From Camelus dromedarius (Eukaryota), in assembly GCF_036321535.1 (NCBI RefSeq), contig NC_087461.1, positions 17,050,001 through 17,114,000 of the forward strand: a DNA stretch of 64,000 nt, in the 5' to 3' direction. Position numbers and translations under genes: made by a program. How positions within the stretch are numbered: position 1 is the first letter of the stretch; every line of letters begins with the position of its first letter. The notes under the pieces are model-generated. The model was not told where the DNA came from. It worked only from the letters and a program-made list of their open reading frames with translations, and searched no databases. Below are positions 59,346-64,000 of the stretch, piece after piece.

Positions 59346-59837
59346 TCTGGGACAAAATAATGTCTCTGCCCCCAAAAGATTTCTGTGTCCTAAACTAACA
59401 TGTGAATATGGTAGGTGATATGGCAAAGAGGAATTAAGTTTACAGATGCAATTAAGTTTACTAATAGAATGACCTTAAACTAGGGAAATTATCCCAGTTT
59501 GAGCTGACTCAATGTAATCACAGAGGTCCTTGAAAACAGAAGAAGCAGAATAGAAGTTAGGATCATGCAATGTGAAAAGTTCTTGACCCACCATTGCTGA
59601 ATTTGAAGATGGAGGAAGGGGCCGCAAGCTCAGGACCGAAGGCAGCCTCTTGTAGCTGGAAAAGGCAAGGAAACATTCTTCTCTAGACCCTCTAGAAGGA
59701 ACATAGCCTTGTTAACACAGTGACTTTAGCCCAATAGACCTGTCCTGGACTTCTAATTTATAGAACTGTAAAATGATAAATTTGTATTATTTTAAGTTGG
59801 TAGTAATTTATTACAGCAGCAATGAAAAATTAATACA
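59346..59837 (+). mobile_element. MLT1D-like MaLR solo LTR nested in the old L1
   Basis: aaaataatg...cccaaaagat...tgtgaatatg...atgtaatcacagaggtccttgaaa...gctggaaaaggcaaggaaacattcttctctagaccctctagaagg...ttattacagcagcaatgaaaaattaataca. The L1 resumes collinearly afterwards. Confidence 0.8.
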
Positions 59838-61519
59838 AATGCCACCAATTGACCATATATATGTGGATCTATTGCCATACTGTTTCACCAATGTATACGT
59901 CTCTCTGTCTTGCTTACTAAACCTTTATATTTAGTTTTATAGCAAATCTTGAAATCAGATAATTTAAGTCCACCATTTGTTTTTCTTTTTAAAAATAGTC
60001 TTTGTTATTCCGGTTCCTTTGCATTTCCATATAAATTTTAGACTCTCCTTTTCAATTCCTGTATAAAAGTCTACTAAGGCTTTGGTTGGGTTTGCATTGA
60101 ATTTATAGCTCAGTCTGGGGAAAACTGACAAACATCATAATAATATTGAGTCCTGATCCGCATCCGTAAACATGATTTATCTTTCCATTATTTAGTTTCT
60201 TCACTTTCTTTGTTTTTCAGTTTTTTAGTGTATAGGTCTGAACATATTTCATTAAATTTATCCCTAAGTATTTCTTGTTTTGTGATGTTATTGTAAATGA
60301 TATGGTTTTCTTATTCCAATTTCCAATTGAATGTTGGCAGTGTACATAAATACAGTCTATTTTGTATATTGATCTTGCTAAACTTACTTATTAGTACTAG
60401 AGGCTCTTTTGGGTACATTGCTTAGAATTTTCTACTTACAAACTTTTAAAATCTTTTCCCTGCCCCTAGGTACTGCCTAGGATCACGAACACAATGTTGA
60501 ATAGAAATGGTGATAGTAGACATCTTTGACCTTTTCCCAGTTTAGGAGGTAAAACATTTAGTCTTTCACTACTAGGTTTGATGTGAGTTTTATTTTTGTT
60601 TTTGTTTTTGTTGTGCTGTAGGGGTTTTTTGCAGATGTCCTTTTTCTGGTTGAGAAAATTTCTTTGTATTCCTAGTTTGCTGAGAGATTGTATGACAAAG
60701 AGGTCTTGAAGATTTCAAATGCTTTTTTCTATCTATTGAGGTGATAGCAAGGTTTTTCTTTCATTCTGTTGATATGTTGAATTACAATTATCGAGTTTTG
60801 AATGTTAACCAATGTTGCCTTCATAGAATGAACCGCAATTAGTTAAGAAGTATTACCTTTTTGTGTATTGCAGGATTAAATTTGCTAATGTTTTGTTAAG
60901 GCTTTTGTGTCTATGTTCACAAAGGATATTAGCTTACAGTTTGCTTTTCTTGTAGTATCTTTGTCTAGTTTTGGTTCATGATAATTCCAGACTCATAAAA
61001 TTATTAGAGAAGTGTTTCCTCTTATTCTATTCTTTGAAAGATCTTTTATAAAACTGGTATTATTTTTGCCCCTTAAATATTTTATAGAACTCACCAGCAA
61101 AGTCATCTGGACCATGTATTTTCTTTGGGGGAAGACTCTAAGAATTGAATTTCACTAATAGATATAGGACTATTCAGATTCCTTGCTTCTTCTTAAGTGA
61201 GCTGTAGTGTATTTTGTCTTTCAAGGAATTTCCCTATTTCATCTAAAGTACTGAATTTGTTAGCATAAAGTTTTAATAATATTCACTAAATGATGTATAG
61301 TGAATGGTCCCTCTTTTATTCGTGATATTGGTAATTTGAACCTTCTTTATTTCTTGGTCAGTCTCACTGCGGTTTTATCAACAATTATATTATTTTTTAT
61401 TTTATTATTTTCCTAATTTTTAGTCTATTTTCTATTTTTTTAATTCCTGCTCTTATCTTTATTATTTCTTTCCTTCTACTTACTTTGTTCTTCATATGTT
61501 CTTCCGGCTGTATTTCCTT

Positions 61520-62581
61520 TTTTTATTGAAGTGTAGTCAGTTTACAATGTTGTGTCAATTTCTGGTATACAGCATAGTGTTCCAGTTATACATACATATA
61601 TTCCTTTTCATGTTCTTTTTCATTATAGGTTACTGCAAGATAATGAATATAGTTTCCTGTGCTATACAGTAGAAACTTGTTTATCTGTTTTATATATAGT
61701 AGTTAGTGTCTGCAAATTTTGAACTCCCAATTTATCCCTTCCCACCCCCTTTACCCCCTGGTAACCATAAGTTTGTTCTCTATGTCTGTGAGCCTGTTTC
61801 TGTTTTGTTAAAAAGTTCATTTGTGTCTTTTTTTTTTTTTTTAGATTCCACATGTAAGTGATAACATGTGGTATTTTTCTTTCTCTTTCTGGCCTACTTC
61901 ATTTAGAATNNNNNNNNNNNNNNNNNNNNNNNNNNNNNNNNNNNNNNNNNNNNNNNNNNNNNNNNNNNNNNNNNNNNNNNNNNNNNNNNNNNNNNNNNNN
62001 NNNNNNNNNNNNNNNNNNNNNNNNNNNNNNNNNNNNNNNNNNNNNNNNNNNNNNNNNNNNNNNNNNNNNNNNNNNNNNNNNNNNNNNNCTTTTCAAATTA
62101 TAATTTTCTCCAGATATATGCCCAGGAATGGGATTGCAGGATCATATGGTAAGTTTATCTTTAGTTTTTTAAGAAATCTCCATCTGTCCTCCATAATGGC
62201 TCCACCAATTTACATTCCCACCAACAGTGCAGGAGGGTTCCTTTTTCTCCACACCTTCTCCTGCATTTATTATTTGTAGACTTTTACATGATGGCCATTC
62301 TGACTGGTTGGCTCTTTGTAGTTTTGATTTGCATTTGTCTAATAATTAGTGATGTCGAGCATCCTTTCATGTGCCTGTTAGGCATCTGGATGTCTTCTTT
62401 GGAGAGATGTCTATTTAGGCCTTCTGCCTATTTTTTGATTGGGTTGCTTTTTTGTTGTATGACCTGTTTGTATATTTTGGAAATTAGTCCCTTGTCGACC
62501 ACATCATTTGCAAATATTTTCTTCCATTCTGTAGATTGTCTTTTTGTTTGTTGATGGTATCCTTAGCTGTGCAAAAGCTTT
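61520..62581 (-). mobile_element. Younger cetartiodactyl-type L1, 5'-truncated (about 1.06 kb), nested in the old L1, with TSD
   Basis: ttttattgaagtgtagtcagtttacaatgttgtg...ggattgcaggatcatatgg...cattcccaccaacagtgcaggaggg. TSD tgtatttcctt (61509-61519) / tgtattttctt (62582-62592). Confidence 0.85.
61910..62088. other. Assembly gap (179 N) inside an L1 3' region
   Basis: Run of N; both flanks are collinear L1 sequence. Confidence 1.
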
Positions 62582-62926
62582 TGTATTTTCTTAAGATGGA
62601 AGTTTAGATAACTGATTTTAGAACTTTCTTCTTTTCTAGTATAAGGAAATAAAGGTATACATTTTTTCTCAAAGCATTCTTTTAGCTTCATTTCACAAAT
62701 TTTGATATGTTTTGTTTTTGTTTTCCGCCAACTCATAGTATTTTCTAATTTTCTTGCAATTTCTTCTTTCATATAGATTATTTAGAAATATTTGCTTAAG
62801 TTTTCAAATATCTTGGATTTTCCAGGTATATTTTTATTACTAGCTTCTTATTTAATTCCCTTGTATTCAGAGAACATCCCCTACATTATTTCAATTCTTT
62901 TAAATTTGTTAATATTTGTTTATGGC

Positions 62927-63088
62927 NNNNNNNNNNNNNNNNNNNNNNNNNNNNNNNNNNNNNNNNNNNNNNNNNNNNNNNNNNNNNNNNNNNNNNNNNN
63001 NNNNNNNNNNNNNNNNNNNNNNNNNNNNNNNNNNNNNNNNNNNNNNNNNNNNNNNNNNNNNNNNNNNNNNNNNNNNNNNNNNNNNNNN
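62927..63088. other. Assembly gap (162 N) at the junction of two different L1 segments
   Basis: Run of N. Confidence 1.
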
Positions 63089-64000
63089 ATATCTTATCTA
63101 TTGTAAATACACTGCCATGAACACAGGGGTGCACATATCTTTTGTAAACAATGTTTTTATTTTCTTTGGATAAATACCCAGGAGTGGAATTACTGGATCA
63201 TATGGTAGTTCTATTTTTAGTTTTTTGAGGCATAATGTTTTCCATTGTGGTGGCACCAATTTACATTCCCACCAACAGTGCAGGAGGTTTCGCTTTTTTC
63301 CGCAGCGTTGCCAACACTTGTTATTTGTTGTCTTTTTGATAGTAGCCATTCTGACAAGGGTGAGATGATATCTCATGGTGGTTTTGACTTGAATTTTCCT
63401 GATGATTAGTATGTTGAGCATCTTTTCACGTGTCTGTTGGGTATCTGTATGTCTTCTTTGGAAAAGTGTCTGTTCAGATCCTCTGTCCACTTTTTAATTG
63501 GGTTATATTTTTTTAAATGTTGAGTTGCATGAGCTTTTTTCTTAATACTCTGGATATTAATCCCTTATCTGATATTCATTTGCAAATATCTTCTCCCATT
63601 CAGTAGGTGGCCTTCTTGTTTTGTTGATAGTTTCCTTCATTGTGCAAAAGGTTTTCAGTCAGATACAGTTTCATTTGTTTATTTTGGCTTTTGTTTCCCT
63701 TGCCTGAGGAAACATATCAAAAAAAAAAAAACTACTAAGATTGATGTTGAGAGCTTACTGCCTATGTTTTCTTATAGAAGTTTTATGGTTTCAGGCCTCA
63801 CAACATTTAAGGCTTTAATCCATTTTGAATTTATTTTTCTGCATGCTGTGAAAGAGTAGTTCAGTTCTACTGCATGTATCTGTCCAGTTCTCCCAACACC
63901 ATTTATTGAAGCGCTGTCTTTTCTTGCCTCCTTTGTCATAGTGTAATTTCCCATCTAAACGTGGGTTCACTTCTGGGTTCTCCAGTAATGCTTTTTACTT
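63089..64000 (-). mobile_element. Another L1 ORF2 3' segment running off the window
   Basis: Minus ORF 63098..63490 ([22 protein letters not shown]...[15 protein letters not shown]) is the L1 ORF2 C-terminal region; frameshifted. Confidence 0.9.

Larger units (their letters stand above)
58300..62926 (-). mobile_element. Old L1 (L1MC/ME-like) 3' UTR plus decayed ORF2, host to younger insertions
   Basis: cccagaggtaacggctgtg (3' end); tgaataaagctgctatggacat...ttccaaagtggttgcacc; collinear ORF2 antisense continues to ...tcaattcttttaaatttgttaatatttgtttatggc. Explains minus-strand ORFs 58743..58973 and 62563..62772. Confidence 0.8.

Noticed and set aside
63098-63490. 130-aa ORF with clear protein homology
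   Set aside because: Frameshifted L1 ORF2 C-terminus, not a host gene.
1-64000. CRISPR arrays, rRNA, snRNA/snoRNA, processed pseudogenes, prokaryote-style operons or defence systems
   Set aside because: None seen. The sequence is eukaryotic with one spliced gene, and the regular repeats are simple microsatellites.

Overview
Mammalian genomic DNA, most likely a camelid: it carries a tRNA-Ala-derived Vic-1-type SINE and cetartiodactyl-type L1 3' ends, and four N gaps suggest a short-read scaffold. The window holds one complete protein-coding gene on the + strand, the orthologue of human C1orf94 (mouse Ck137956), recognised from recalled protein sequence. I assembled 7 coding exons by hand: 3205-3533, 20531-21225, 24260-24520, 25545-25720, 30024-30101, 33603-33799 and 38902-38977. 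All six introns are GT..AG with matching phases, and the CDS is 1812 nt (603 aa plus stop). A CpG-island promoter lies at about 2.2-2.8 kb. The rest is intronic or intergenic DNA rich in old repeats (MIR, L2, L3/CR1, MaLR LTRs, hAT and Tigger elements, L1, HAL1), several of them nested. Repeat subfamily names come from recalled consensus sequences and their boundaries are approximate. Nearly all other ORFs in the track are noise. I see no evidence for a new multi-gene system. The best leads are regulatory: MYB and CHR motifs in the promoter, CpG-retaining intronic islands (one MIR-derived, one with MYB+E2F sites), an unusual translation-start arrangement, a perfect GC hairpin, splice-flanking G-run clusters, and a downstream motif cluster (CArG, forkhead palindrome, inverted HRE pair). 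All motif calls are single-sequence pattern matches and need cross-species or experimental support.
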